Positions 1 through 12,087 of a stretch of 64,000 nt of DNA are shown here, in pieces. This stretch comes from Blepharisma stoltei ATCC 30299. Lineage: Eukaryota > Protista > Ciliophora. The stretch lies in NCBI GenBank assembly GCA_965603825.1, contig CBFDEM010000006.1, positions 186,001 to 250,000 of the forward strand, written 5' to 3'. The notes under the pieces were generated by a model. It saw nothing but the letters and a program-made list of their open reading frames with translations. It ran no database searches and had not been told where the DNA came from. Numbering within the stretch: position 1 is the stretch's first letter; every line of letters starts with the position of its first letter. A program made the translations under genes and the position numbers.

Positions 1-832
1 GGATAGCTTTAGGCATGCGTATAATATCAATGTGGATATACTAGAGATGGATGTAGTCAGAAGCCAAGACGGGGTAATAGTTGTTTCTCATGAAAACAGC
101 TTGAAAAGATTATGCGGAGTCGATAAATTGATTAGTGAGACTAATTTCAATGATCTCCCTCCTTATATGCCTACTTTTTTTACTCATTTTGCATTTGAAA
201 AAGTAACGTTTGACAACAAAGTTTATAAGTTTACTGACCTGGAGTCTGTTTTCAAAGAATTCCCAGATATTTATATGGCAATCGAAATAAAAGAGCCAGA
301 TGAAGTCACAATTAAAGAGGTTAAACGCTTGATTGATGATTATGATCGCCAACACTTGACAGTACTTCTTATACAGTTTGTTGGAAATAGCAGACAAAAG
401 GAGAATGAAAAGATTCAGGAAATTATTTCGAAAGAAATGAGCTTTATTTCAGCAGAAAAAGCATTGAAATTATTTTTTGCGTATTTTCTGGGATTTGTTG
501 CGTTTATACCTGTTGAAGAGCGCATATTAGGAGCGCCAGTTATGACAAAGCCTTTTAATGCTCTAAAATATGCAAATTCACCTTGGTATATTGCATTTCC
601 TTAGTAAACTCTATATAGTGAAATGATGGCAAGAGCTTTTGTATTTTTCGGAAGAGGACTTAATAATCACTTAAAGAAAAGAGGAGTAAAAGTGTTTTAC
701 TGGGTGATAAACTCAAATGAAGATGCAATTTATGCGCTAGGCGTAATTGTCACTTAGAGAAATTGTGACGGCTGTATAACTGATGCTCCGTCAACATTGA
801 TGAGATTTTTTAATAAGCTTAAGGTTAATTAG
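1..832 (+). CDS. Glycerophosphodiester phosphodiesterase, GDPD1/GDE4-like (5' partial); introns 362-376, 604-618, 743-757
   Basis: Motifs LEMDV..SQDG.IVVSH and IEIK. Removing three 15-nt GT-AG introns extends the frame to VFYWVIN...CDGCITDAP and TAG at 830-832. Confidence 0.88.
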
Positions 833-2231
833 TAATTATAGTAGGCGATTCAATTAATTTATCCTGCCAGCCACAGGCTCTCAATTCAAGCATGTCCTAA
901 ATAATTTTTACCAAAATCAAGAACTTCACTCTTGAATTTGCCGTTAGACCACGGTCCATTATTTCTTTAAGAGTATTAACTACCGCGTTTGTTTTGGATA
1001 CATACTTTTCATTTTCATAAGCAGCACCTCCAGCTGTTAGCATCAAAACAGCTCCTTCTAATTTGTCATCATTAAGGACCAAACTAACAAAATCAGGATT
1101 TTTAAATGTCTCTTTAAAATTCGGGCTTATCAATTCCATAAGGCACATAAAAATTACTTTAGGAGGTATAAATCCAGCCTTAAATAGCTCACCAATAAAT
1201 CTTACCATCCCAAGGCTTTTTACTTTATAAGCAGAATCCCCTTTATGGTCTGCCTCACTCATTCACATTTCTTCAAAAGATTCTTGGCAAACATTCAGCA
1301 GCATTTTTCTAAACAAACTATCTTGTGTTCTCTTTGAAGACTCCACCTTTCCTCCTGCTAGCTGAAAATCCAAGTACGCATCAGTCAGATATTTGCACAG
1401 GTCTGCATACATTCCAACATATTTTTTCTCAAAGCAAGCTTTTTGGAAAATTGCGTCTGCTAAAGCCTCTAAATATTCCTCATCCAATTTAGAAATTTCA
1501 AATAATTCAGTTTTCAGCTTATCAAAATTTCTCATAGTCAGCTTATTCAAAATTATTTTAATGTCACAAAGCTTTTTCTCTTTTGTTGATTTTTCTGTGT
1601 TGATTTTCTTTGTGTTCTCAAGTGCACCCTGCCTGATCTTTTTCTGTGTCTCGTCTTCTTCTGCGCGCCAATTAAATTTGTAATTAGTGTTACCTAAAAC
1701 CCGCCTCTCTGGCTTTGGCTCATTTCGTCTCCTTATTCTTACAATTTGAATAGGCAAGACCCAGGATAAATCCTCATCGCCTGCCTTTCTTATATCATCT
1801 TCACTATATCTTATTTTTGCTTTTGCAACAGAAATCTGGGAAAAAGTAGACCCAGTCCCCATTGGTGTGTATTCATGTGAAGTAATATCCTCTTCAATAG
1901 TAGACAAACCGCCTTTGAAGTGATTTTTTCCATTTGCAGGGATTTTGGTTTCTTCGTTGGTGTTATCAATTTCTTCTTGTTTAAAAGCTGGAGAAAGCTT
2001 TCGTGGAGGTCGTTCTTGCTCCTTATTTTCATTAGCAGACAAACTTTTATTATCCTGGGTGTCTATGTCAGAAATGACATTGATTTCTGGCTGAGTTTTA
2101 GATGAAATTGAAAGAGAAGACAATAAAGCTGCTTTTGCAGCCTTGTAATCTCGGAATTCAGGCTGGCCTGCGTCCGGAGGTGAAGTATTTGTACGAGCAG
2201 GCTTACGTTCTTTGGTGTTAGACGCTGACAT
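825..2231 (-). CDS. eIF4G-like MIF4G-domain protein; TGA=Trp at 1263-1265; intron 897-911
   Basis: MIF4G motifs ILNKLT..NF, IFQKACFE..Y..MYA.LC, FRKMLLNVCQESFE and RFIGELFK. After the 15-nt intron the frame gives RVKFLIL-DMLELRACGW. Confidence 0.88.
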
Positions 2232-2476
2232 CTCTTAAATTTTCCCTTATTTAAAATTTTAATGCAGAAAATTTGTTGGAAAAATTAAATGGGGGTGGAA
2301 GGAACTTTTTGAAGTTTAGGCAATATAGAAATTTACCATTATGAAAATAATACATGAATAACTAATTTTATAAATTTTAAATAAAATATTTTTATTTTGA
2401 GTCTAATAGACTTTCATAAAGACTGAATTGGAAGAATATTCTCTTTGATTAGCTTTTTAAATTTTGCGAATGTAAT

Positions 2477-3850
2477 ATGGATTTAAAGCCAAAAGGTGTG
2501 AAAACATACTCCAATTTTTCAGATGAGGACGAAAGAAGGGCAAATCAACGACAAGAAAATAATGAACGCTTTGCAGGAGAAAAAGGAAAGAATGAGTTGG
2601 TTATAGCTAAGACTTCAGAAAGGCATGTCAATCGAATGACCATCAAAGAAGAGGAAACAGCTCTTAGCAGGCTTGAGAAAATTGCTTTAGGCATGATTTT
2701 GCCTCCTGTTGTTATTTTTGTATGTGGAGCAATTGCTTTTTGAAAAACAAACAAGCACTTTTTGGTCTTTCCTCCATTTGTGTCACTAATAGCTTTATGC
2801 TCAACAGTCTGTGCATATTTCGGTGCCAAATATACCAAGGAGTCCCTAGTTAAGAACGAAACAATTGCTATTAAATGGAACAGCCTTGGCAGTCAAGATT
2901 TTCTAACGAATTCTTTATATATACTTCATTTGACATCATCATGCTACTTTTTCATAGGAATCATTTCTTTTATATCTCATGAAATTTTATTAGGCCCAAT
3001 TGATGATCCTAACTTAAGTCAAAAAGTCAAATGAATGCTATTTATAATTAGTGGAGCATCCTTGAAATATATAGTTGGCTACATATACATATTTTATTTG
3101 GCCTGCAAATTGAGCATCGATTATCAGAGCATTCATAATTATGTACAAGTTGTTCAAATTAGCGTTCTAATTGCAGCTATTGGACTAATTTTATGCCCAG
3201 GGATTTATTGGTGGTATTGGAGCTCATTTGATATTTCTGAAGAGTTATCCCCAGTAATAATCCAAGCTGGGATTGTGGCTGGGTGCTGCTTGTTAGCTTA
3301 CTCTCTATTTTCATTTTTTGCAGCGTTTAAAGAGCATATGTCTTTTATAATTATTTCTCAAATTTTGTGCGTAATTATGTTTATTTTCCTTGGCCTTTAT
3401 TGCATGCTTATTATTTTTTCAACCCAAGATTTCCTAGAATCAGTCAGTACGAATTGTTACTCTTTATTAAACATGATGCAGGATAAGCATTTAAATTATA
3501 TAGGGTGCTCAAATAAATTTATAGATATACAAGCCTCTGAAGAAGATTTGCAATGCCCTAAAGACCAAATTGTAAAAATTGTGGACAAAAGCACTGAAAA
3601 ATATGGATGCTTGAATCAAGAGTGCTGTGAGGTTATCAGTACTTCTGCATCTGCTGGGCTGGATTTTATTGTTGGATTTTGTATTACTGGACAAATATTA
3701 TTGATTTTTGCATTGGAGTGCACAAGGAATTTAGCTAAAAAGATAGAAAAATTCGGAAGAGATGGCGACAGATTTATGGATAAAAGACTTTTTGGGGTTA
3801 TTATTACTGTACTTCTAATAAGCCTTGCTATAGGGTATGCTTTGAAATAG
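2477..3850 (+). CDS. Multi-pass membrane protein, tetraspanin-like C-terminal half; TGA=Trp at 2741 and 3032
   Basis: Three in-frame ORFs are joined by TGA. There are many hydrophobic segments and a Cys-rich loop (GC...C...GC...CC) before the last TM segments. A possible 16-nt intron at 3835-3850 would extend the gene to about 3878. Confidence 0.6.
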
Positions 3851-3997
3851 ACATAGCTTATTTTTAGGATTGGAATAGCCAATTTATCGTGGCGGATCAA
3901 ATAATATAATATTTGAATTTAACAAATAAAGTATTTTCATGCGACATTTATATTAATTTCATATAAATTCGTTTAAATCTTAATTTTAATTAAGGAT

Positions 3998-4636
3998 TTA
4001 ATTTCCCCAATGAGCTCTACTAAGATTGAATTTCAATCTAAGTCTTGAAAGAAATTCATCCATATGGGCTAGTTCTCTGAAATGAGTTTTAAAAGCTGCA
4101 AAGTTAGGAGATATAGCTGCCAAATAGTCTGGGCTATAAGCTTCAATTCTTTCGATGAGTTCGTGAGCATAAAAATCTACATAGGTAGGTTGATCGCCAT
4201 TGAAAAATCTTTTTCCTTCAAGGTAGCTGGAGACCTTTTCTAGGGCAGCTCTCTTGCTATCAAGAGTCATTGGCATTCTGGTTGATGCGTCTGGCTCATA
4301 GCCAGCCAATGCAAATGGCATAAAAATATCTTTTAAGACGCCATAAACCATATTCACATGGGCTTGCTCAATAGTGGTTCGTCCAAGGTAGTTTGGATTG
4401 TATTTTAAAGCTATGTATAAAAAGATCGCATAGCTTTCTGTCAATTTGACTTGATCATCAATGTAATAAGGAAGATTAGGGAAATCAAGACCAAGACGTT
4501 CTTTGTCTTGAGGCCATTCTTCTTCTCCAAACACATAATACTTGTCTTCGAAGTCCACTTCAAGATGGTGAAGCAGCATTCGTATCGGCTCAGCCAAGCT
4601 TCTGACACCCCAGTAGGCGATTGTTGGCTTTTGCAT
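3998..4636 (-). CDS. Glutathione S-transferase, mu-class-like
   Basis: Motifs YWGVRSLAEPIRMLL, LGLDFPNLPYYID, KLTES and TYVDF. Confidence 0.93.
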   Translation of the reverse strand: MQKPTIAYWGVRSLAEPIRMLLHHLEVDFEDKYYVFGEEEWPQDKERLGLDFPNLPYYIDDQVKLTESYAIFLYIALKYNPNYLGRTTIEQAHVNMVYGVLKDIFMPFALAGYEPDASTRMPMTLDSKRAALEKVSSYLEGKRFFNGDQPTYVDFYAHELIERIEAYSPDYLAAISPNFAAFKTHFRELAHMDEFLSRLRLKFNLSRAHWGN

Positions 4637-5050
4637 TTTATTTATAACCACTAATGCTAGAGCCATCCATATCTATTTCTTATTTATCAATTTATATAAA
4701 TCTTTAATTGTTCAAAATTAATTAAAAAATTGGAAAAATAATTAAATTTAACACCGTTAAGTAATATAACTCTATTTTAATTATGAGTCAAGTTTTGTTT
4801 CAATTAACTTTTTCGTTTTTTTGGCTATGAATTATTATTTAGTATAAGAAATTATTCACAAAGACTTGAAGCCTTAATAATTTAACTCAATCCTTTGAGA
4901 ATCATTCCTTGGTTTTACAAATAGAAAGAAAATAATTTGCTATCTAATTTAATCCCAAAACCAGATATTTGAAGTTGATTAATAACTCCAACTATATATT
5001 TCATATAGGCAATAAGCAATTATGTAGAATCCATAATAATAATCAATAAT

Positions 5051-6421
5051 ATGAGTGATTCTAAAATGAACAGCAGCTATAGCTCTAGTGATAAAGAGTA
5101 TATTCGAGATCCAAACACAAATGAATGCAAAGAAAAGGAAGAAAGCTCTGATTCTAACGTAGAAAGTGATGATGAATCAGATAGTTATGATTCAAGCAAT
5201 GAATCAAAGTCTGAAGAAAGCCAAGAGTCAATAGAAGAACATGATGCTGAACAAGCTGAAGAGCCCTTATCATATGTAGAGGCTAAAATAAAAAATATCC
5301 CTTTTGGACTACTTTATAAGACAAGCCTAAAGAACCTAGGCGAATTGATACATCTAGACAAGCCAAGCCTCATATTGATAAAAAACGAGTCCAGTGGGTT
5401 CAACTTCAAGCTAAACAAAAATAAAGAAAAAATTGAAGATCTCTTAAGCGCCATCGAGACATTGAACGAACAGATAGGAGCAATGAAGCTTGGCAAAGAT
5501 GAAAACATAAAAAACTTAATTCAAAAACTCAAAAACTCTAAAAATATCGAAATTTCAGAGAGAATAAGCAAGCTACTAAGCTTTTATTATTGCGAAGATT
5601 GCAAGAAGCCTAAAGAAGAAATCCAACTATCTTGTGGCCACATTTTCTGCTCAAAATGTTTAAAAGCCAGCATACGTAAAGAAACTAAAGGATTTCTGCT
5701 TTTAACTGATGAAGAAAAGTTGTCCGGCGAGCCAAAATGCCCAAGCTGCAATTCTTCTTTTAGCCTCGACGACTATAAAAATGTATTAAAAGAAAAGTTC
5801 GAGCAAGCTAACAATTTTCTTGAGATTCGAGAAGCTGAGCAAGAGAAAAACAAAGTCCACTTTGAGAAACAGCAAAAAAATCATAAAAATATGAATATTG
5901 AAGCAAAACAAAAAAGAAAAGATGATCCAAGTTGTGTAATCAGATGCAAAAGGTGTCTGAAGACAAAAGAGGTTGGCCAATTTTTCAATGACCCTTGTGA
6001 ATGCACTTGTAAAGAGTGTTTTTCACTATTAGCTTGGGGAGGGATGACGAGCTGCTATAGTTGCGGCAAAGCCTATAATAGCAATATTTGCTATTTAGAG
6101 GATACTTGCGATGGATGCAAAAGAAATGTTTATATTGTTGGAGAACAGCTTAAATCAATCTGCAAATCGCATAAGCACTGTAATGATTGCTTAAATGAAG
6201 CCTATGAAAGTAAAAAATGCAAAAAGTGCAAAAAAATACTGAACGCAAGCACACTTGCTGAAATAAAAGATAGTTTGTATTTTAGATGCTTCAGTTGCAA
6301 AGATTTATTACTAAGAGCTGAAATATATCGTAAAGGTTGCTGCGTAAATCATACTTGCAACAAATGTCAAAATCGAAACGCTGCTTGCTTAGCATGTAGA
6401 GAAGTTATTGCTCCAGCTTAA
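5051..6421 (+). CDS. Acidic N-terminus plus multiple tandem RING-like zinc fingers
   Basis: CxxC...LSCGHIFCxxC...CPSC followed by three more Cys clusters; paralogous to 18235-19839. Confidence 0.75.
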   Translation: MSDSKMNSSYSSSDKEYIRDPNTNECKEKEESSDSNVESDDESDSYDSSNESKSEESQESIEEHDAEQAEEPLSYVEAKIKNIPFGLLYKTSLKNLGELIHLDKPSLILIKNESSGFNFKLNKNKEKIEDLLSAIETLNEQIGAMKLGKDENIKNLIQKLKNSKNIEISERISKLLSFYYCEDCKKPKEEIQLSCGHIFCSKCLKASIRKETKGFLLLTDEEKLSGEPKCPSCNSSFSLDDYKNVLKEKFEQANNFLEIREAEQEKNKVHFEKQQKNHKNMNIEAKQKRKDDPSCVIRCKRCLKTKEVGQFFNDPCECTCKECFSLLAWGGMTSCYSCGKAYNSNICYLEDTCDGCKRNVYIVGEQLKSICKSHKHCNDCLNEAYESKKCKKCKKILNASTLAEIKDSLYFRCFSCKDLLLRAEIYRKGCCVNHTCNKCQNRNAACLACREVIAPA

Positions 6422-6542
6422 TTATTCTTAATAAATATTATATTGCAATTTGTTTTTTATGCTTAATATATTGATAATACAATAGTGAAAAGAATTTCAT
6501 ATATATGTGCTATTTTTTAGGCAATGAATGATAATTAATAAA

Positions 6543-7601
6543 ATGGAAGAAGAAAATGTCCAAGCAGAGCTGCTACTCTCTGTTCAAAATACTGAAATAT
6601 ATAGTATAGTCGGAGATCAAAAAAGGCTTTTTACTACTGGTGAGCTACGATTATATCGTTTATCAGATCAAAATCTATATTTATTAACAGTGGGCGATTT
6701 TCGTTACTCCCTATCAAAAGAAATCCCAGTAATGAAAGGTGACAAGAGAAGCTACGTATTCCCAAGCACGGAAGGCTTCTATGGAATTATATTTCCTATT
6801 GAAGTTGATATAGAAGAATTAGACGTTTTCGAAATAATTCTTCAGGATAGCACTGAGTTCACCAAAATCAAAGATAGAAGAAATTCAATGCCTGAAGAAA
6901 GTACCAGTGATACTGAGGTTCAGGTTTACATAGAAGAAAGCCAAGAAATAGTAGAAAAAGAAAAAAAAGAAGGCAAAGTGGGTAAGATAAGCCACTATAT
7001 AGAATTAGGAGGAACAAAAATCAAGAAAGGGCTCATAAGAGGAGCAACTTTTACATCAAAAGGAATTGTTAAAGGAGGGGAGTACCTCAAGAAAAAAATA
7101 AAGAAAAAGCCAAAGCCTACTGAAGTTTCTGAAAAAAGTAAAGCGAGAATCCGTAAAATGAAAATGGCAAGCCAAATGGTCCTAGCTCTTTCTAAAGCTC
7201 TTGTAAGTGGAGCTGTTGAAATGACTACACAGATAGCCTCATCAATATCCTCACACTTCAAGAACTCAAAAACTGGAAACCGCTTGGAAAGGTCAAAAAC
7301 TTATCAATCCGCAAAAGAGCTTGGAATGGCTGGAATTAACGCCGTAGTAACCATATATGATGGGCTGGAAGAAGCTGTAATAATTCTTGCGAAATCAAGT
7401 GCCAATACAACTGTAAGCGTAGTCGAACACAGATATGGAGAGCAAGCAGCATCTGCCACTTCTGAAAGCCTCAGTGTTCTTGGGAATGTAGGAAGTGCAT
7501 ATAACCAAGTCAAAAAAATGGGATTAAAAAAGCTAGCAAAAGCTACTGCTAAAAAAACAGCAATTGGAATAATGGAAGAAGAAGAAGAAAAGAAAGAATA
7601 A
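6543..7601 (+). CDS. Spartin/senescence-domain (ERD7-like) protein
   Basis: N-terminal GELRLY...YVFP...YGIIFP region; C-terminal IYDGLEEA..ILA.....TV.VVEHRYGEQA senescence signature. Confidence 0.82.
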   Translation: MEEENVQAELLLSVQNTEIYSIVGDQKRLFTTGELRLYRLSDQNLYLLTVGDFRYSLSKEIPVMKGDKRSYVFPSTEGFYGIIFPIEVDIEELDVFEIILQDSTEFTKIKDRRNSMPEESTSDTEVQVYIEESQEIVEKEKKEGKVGKISHYIELGGTKIKKGLIRGATFTSKGIVKGGEYLKKKIKKKPKPTEVSEKSKARIRKMKMASQMVLALSKALVSGAVEMTTQIASSISSHFKNSKTGNRLERSKTYQSAKELGMAGINAVVTIYDGLEEAVIILAKSSANTTVSVVEHRYGEQAASATSESLSVLGNVGSAYNQVKKMGLKKLAKATAKKTAIGIMEEEEEKKE

Positions 7602-7676
7602 TTATTGTATTAATTAGAATGCTTATTGAAATGATTATTAACACATTTTAGCTAAAAAATGTTAATATCAAAGTGA

Positions 7677-9510
7677 TTACCACTCCTTATTACTTTTATA
7701 ATATTTTGATATCAGTGATGAGCACTCGTGGACTTCCCGAGTGCTTTTTAATATGATACATATTGGTTTTGATGATTTTCCAAAGTAAAAATTCAGCATC
7801 GTATTAGGGTTAAGCTTGGTTGTAAATTTCTGTAGGCTGCTTATTTTTTTAGAATCGATAACCTGAGTTATAGATCGCTTTCTGTTATTTCTGATTTGCC
7901 CTATCGCAATTTCAGTTTCTGTAATTATTAATGACATCGAGCTTTGTATGACGCAATTGCTTTCTTCATCATATTTTTTGCATAAATAAAATTTCGCACT
8001 TGGGTCGCTCAAATATTTTTCTGAGTCTGACAATTTTTTAGCTGGCTCAGTCGGGCTGATAGATTTACCAATATCTTTGACCACAGTGGTGAATGCTCTA
8101 ACCTTACCATGGATCACATCTTTCAGCTTTCTCAGCTTGGACTCGATCGACGAACAGGAGACATTTGGATTGCAAACATCGCATGAAGCGTTTTGATGGT
8201 TTTCAATATTTAATTTATAATGCATCGCGAATTCATGGCACTTTTGGAAGCCTCCCTCTACCAAGCTTACATAAGGAAACCCTTTTATAATGAAAAGCTG
8301 CAATAAATTTTCCAACATGTTTTGAACAGGATCTTCTTCATCAGAATTTTTCCTTAAACTGAAATCTGAAGCTCGGAATTCTTTATTTCCCAGAAGAAAG
8401 ATATGAAATACGCCTTTTAATTCATTAAAAGAATCTGGGATGTTAATCATAATGTTTTCGTCATTATACGCCCGCTTGTCGAGCAAAATCGAGTTAGGGA
8501 ATCTCCCATGCCTCTGCTCTGAGTCTGGCCGGCAGTCGATTAAAACGATAGGAATCTCTGGGACTTGTGAAGTACACCATGAGCATTTCTCGTCAATGCA
8601 GGTGCAAAATTTTTGGCCCGGGTAGCAGTTTTGCATGACTTCTCTTGGAAGGACACTCAAGCAATACTCTTTATTGAGTGCTGCAAGTACTGAGTCAATG
8701 GTGTCTAAATTATAAATATTATAATTTTGTAGCTTCATATGAAGAGAAAAAGGCATTTTTCTCTTCAGATCTTGAGCTTTTTCGATGAGGTAAGCGATTT
8801 CTTCAATGCTTTCAAGCTTGATTTTGGATATGACTTGAGCGATTGAAGGCCCTTGCTCTTCCAATAGTTTACTTTTGTAACGCTGAAGTAACGCAATTGA
8901 AATGTAGCAAATAAATAATACGTCTGATTCTTGTACTAGACTTTCCCAGAGATAAGATAATGTCTCAATATTTTTAATTTTGCTTGCAAAAGCGGTCACA
9001 AACCATGATGTCGCGTAACATTCTGGATATACTGTGTTTTCTTGAAAAAAAGAGCAAAGGTCTGGTTCATGGTATCTGAAAAGCAGATTAAATATTAAAA
9101 AGAGTCCATGCAATGGTCGAAAGGCCTAAATAAAAAATTACATTATCAATAAACATAGTAGGGAGAGTTATTTGTATGAATTTCTTGAATGAAGCATAAG
9201 CTTCATGTAAAGCAATTCCTTTTCTAGTCATCAGAAGAAATGGTGCCATTAGCTCATTCATCCCTTGCTTGTATGTGATTTTTAGTTCTTTGCAATAAAA
9301 CGTTAGCATGGTCTCCAATTGAATTCTTTCATTATCGCTAAGAACTTTTGGCCGAGTTCTGTCAACGTCAGAGTGAATAACACGCTGCTCTGAAAGGTTG
9401 AGCTTAGTCTCGACTTTAAATTCATTAATCGGCTTTTGATTTAATAAAGTCTATATAAAACTCACAAGGAGGCGTTCAAGTTCATACCCACAATGTTTAG
9501 CAGCAACCAT
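7677..9510 (-). CDS. TBC + rhodanese-like + C-terminal domain protein (TBC1D23-like); introns 9451-9465 (15 nt) and 9126-9141 (16 nt)
   Basis: Motifs IHSDVDRT, YKQGMNEL, LFRYHEPDL, YATSWF, LIDCRP and FPYVSLVEGGF. Both introns are needed to keep the frame from ATG 9510. Confidence 0.85.
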
Positions 9511-9877
9511 TTATAATAGAAAAATTGAGGAGAAAAGAATCCCCGCAATATTTTAACTATATTTCTAGAAATAGTTTTTAAACAAATTTATATGTAAAAT
9601 AAAGAAATAATAGAAATATTTTAGCATATTTTAAAATATTTTTATTGAATTAGGTATTAATAATTATTGTTTTTATAACCTTAAAAAATAAATGATAATC
9701 TACTATAATTTAAAATTAATTATTAAGAAAATTTAGTTAATTTAAAGAAGGAATATATAAAAAGGAAATGCAATTAAGAATCTTATTTCCCTAAAGAACT
9801 TCTAATTATTTATTAACTTGCAACATTAACATACTATAGCGGCGGCCTCCAGCTAGTTTAATTTTATAGATGTAAGC

Positions 9878-10861
9878 TTAATTTTTCAGTTTCCTTTTCT
9901 TACCATTTTTCGCTGCATTTTTACTTCTCTCATATCTTTTAATGATATAAATCACACATCTATCTAAATTATCATCTTTCCCTTTCAAAAATTTCTCTAC
10001 AATTTTACCATAAGCTAAACTTACTGCATCCGCATATCCTTCTTTTTCCAATTTATTTTCAATTTCTTTAAATCTCATATACGACGGAATTTTATGTTTT
10101 TCCAATGCTTTTTTAACTTGAAACTCATAGTAAAGCTTCATATTTGAAAACCCATAATTTATAGGATTAGTTGCTTCAGCATAGTTTAAATTAAGGGAAT
10201 CTAGCTCTTCTTGAGTAATTTTGAATTTACTCTTACAGCTTCCGATACTTAACATTTTATATTTATCCGATTTCAAGCATTTTAAACATATACTCTTCCT
10301 CAGAACTTTACAATAAAAGCAGTCAATTTTTATATTATGGCACTCAATGCAGCTCAATTGATATAATATAAGTGCAATATTTCGAAACTCATTTGGATCT
10401 ACTTTGTTTAAATCAGCACTTGTCAATGGAGGAGCTTGATCAACAATAAGTCCAGTCGTTTGAAAAAGCTCAAATAGATCATTTTCATCTTCTTTTGTGA
10501 CTTCATCACAGTAAATTGGGATGTATTCATCAATTATAGCTGCTTCTAATTTATAGTCAATCCGAGTAACTATGTTTACATCTTGGTATGATCCATTTAT
10601 TATTGATAAAACAAATTTCGATTGAAATTGACTGATAAGAATATCATGCCACAATTCAGGCTCATAAGAAACAATGTATAGCATTTTACAGGTTTTCATG
10701 AGATTAAAAATTTCTGGAATTGACAGGAAATGGGATACTAAAATTCAGAGTCTTTGCTGGCCTGTTCTTGGAACATCTTTAATTTGTTGTTTTGGCTGAT
10801 TGATTAAAGGATTAATTCTGCTGAGAGATCGAATAGGCATTGAGCGGTAAGTAAAGTCCAT
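9878..10861 (-). CDS. F-box protein with XPA-like zinc finger/DNA-binding module
   Basis: With TGA=Trp the frame opens to ATG 10861. F-box: LWILVSHFLSIPEIFNLMKTCK...LW. XPA-like region: CIEC..CLKC..KYKMLS...NP..YGFSNMKLYYEFQV. Confidence 0.72.
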
Positions 10862-11015
10862 TTTAGTCTTTTATAATTATTAAATTAATTATATGTTCCT
10901 AAAAACAAGGATATTTCATTAATAAAATATATGATTCATGTCCAATTTATCGTAGATTTCCCTTAAAATTCGACTCTAAATTTATCGACTTCTGCTAAAA
11001 ATATGTTAGATTAAT

Positions 11016-11804
11016 ATGAGATTAAACGCGCAAGCATCTACTCTATGCACAAGAATATTTTATATCCTTGCACACGCATTGGCTTTTACAGTTCTCTTTT
11101 ACTATCCAAGTGACTTCACCTCTAACATGTCATATCCGTTCTTCACATTCATTTTGTTAAAACTTGCAGCTTCTATCCAATATTTTACTTGTGGAATTAA
11201 TCCAGGCTATTTAAAAGACTATGATACCTCACACTATCAACAAATTGAAGACGATTGGCAGCCTCCTCCTCAATTCACCTGCAATACTTGCAAAATTATC
11301 ATTCCATATAGATCTAAGCATTGCAAAGACTGTGATTTATGCGTCGCATCATTTGATCACCACTGTTATTGAATAGGCTCATGTGTTGGAGAGCTAAATC
11401 ACTTTAGATTTTGCTTGTATTTATTGAGTGAGTCGTTAAGCTTGATCCTTTTTGCAAATAATTGTGTAAGCGGGATGTCCAGAGATAAGCAAGCGTATGG
11501 AGCTTTTATAGTAGTCTTCGCAATTTCTGGCTTAATGGGAGTTATGACATTAGGAATGGGGATTTATCATATTTACTTGGTATCAATTGCATCTACCACA
11601 TGGGAAAGCCAAAAATGAAATAAAATCACATATTTAAATATTTACCCAAGAAGTTTTAATCCTTTTAGCAAAGGGATTATAAAAAACTGAAAGAATGCAA
11701 TATTTGATAAACGTCCCCGGCAGTGGATACTTCCAAAGCCTCCTCAGTCCACAAGACAAATCTCTTTCAGTTTCTTTGATAATCAATATTACAGCTGCTG
11801 CTAA
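11016..11804 (+). CDS. DHHC palmitoyl acyltransferase
   Basis: [20 protein letters not shown](TGA=W)[14 protein letters not shown] and NPFSKG motifs; ends NQYYSCC-TAA. Confidence 0.93.
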
Positions 11805-12087
11805 TATGGATAATATTATTTAGAATATGCTTGTGTTATTGCTACAATCGATTTGAAATAACTAATAATTTGATATTTAGAAGTGTTAAATTATATTTTA
11901 ATTGGTAAAATGGTTTTAATAAGCAGAATAAGCAAATTAAATGCCCAATAGTATTACACACCTAATTCTCAAAATTTTTTCAAAATTTACAAAATATTCA
12001 ATATCTATTTCTTATTCATCCAAATCATAACTATTTTTATGCTAATCCGACATTCAATACTAAATAACCTTTTTAATAAATAAATCA

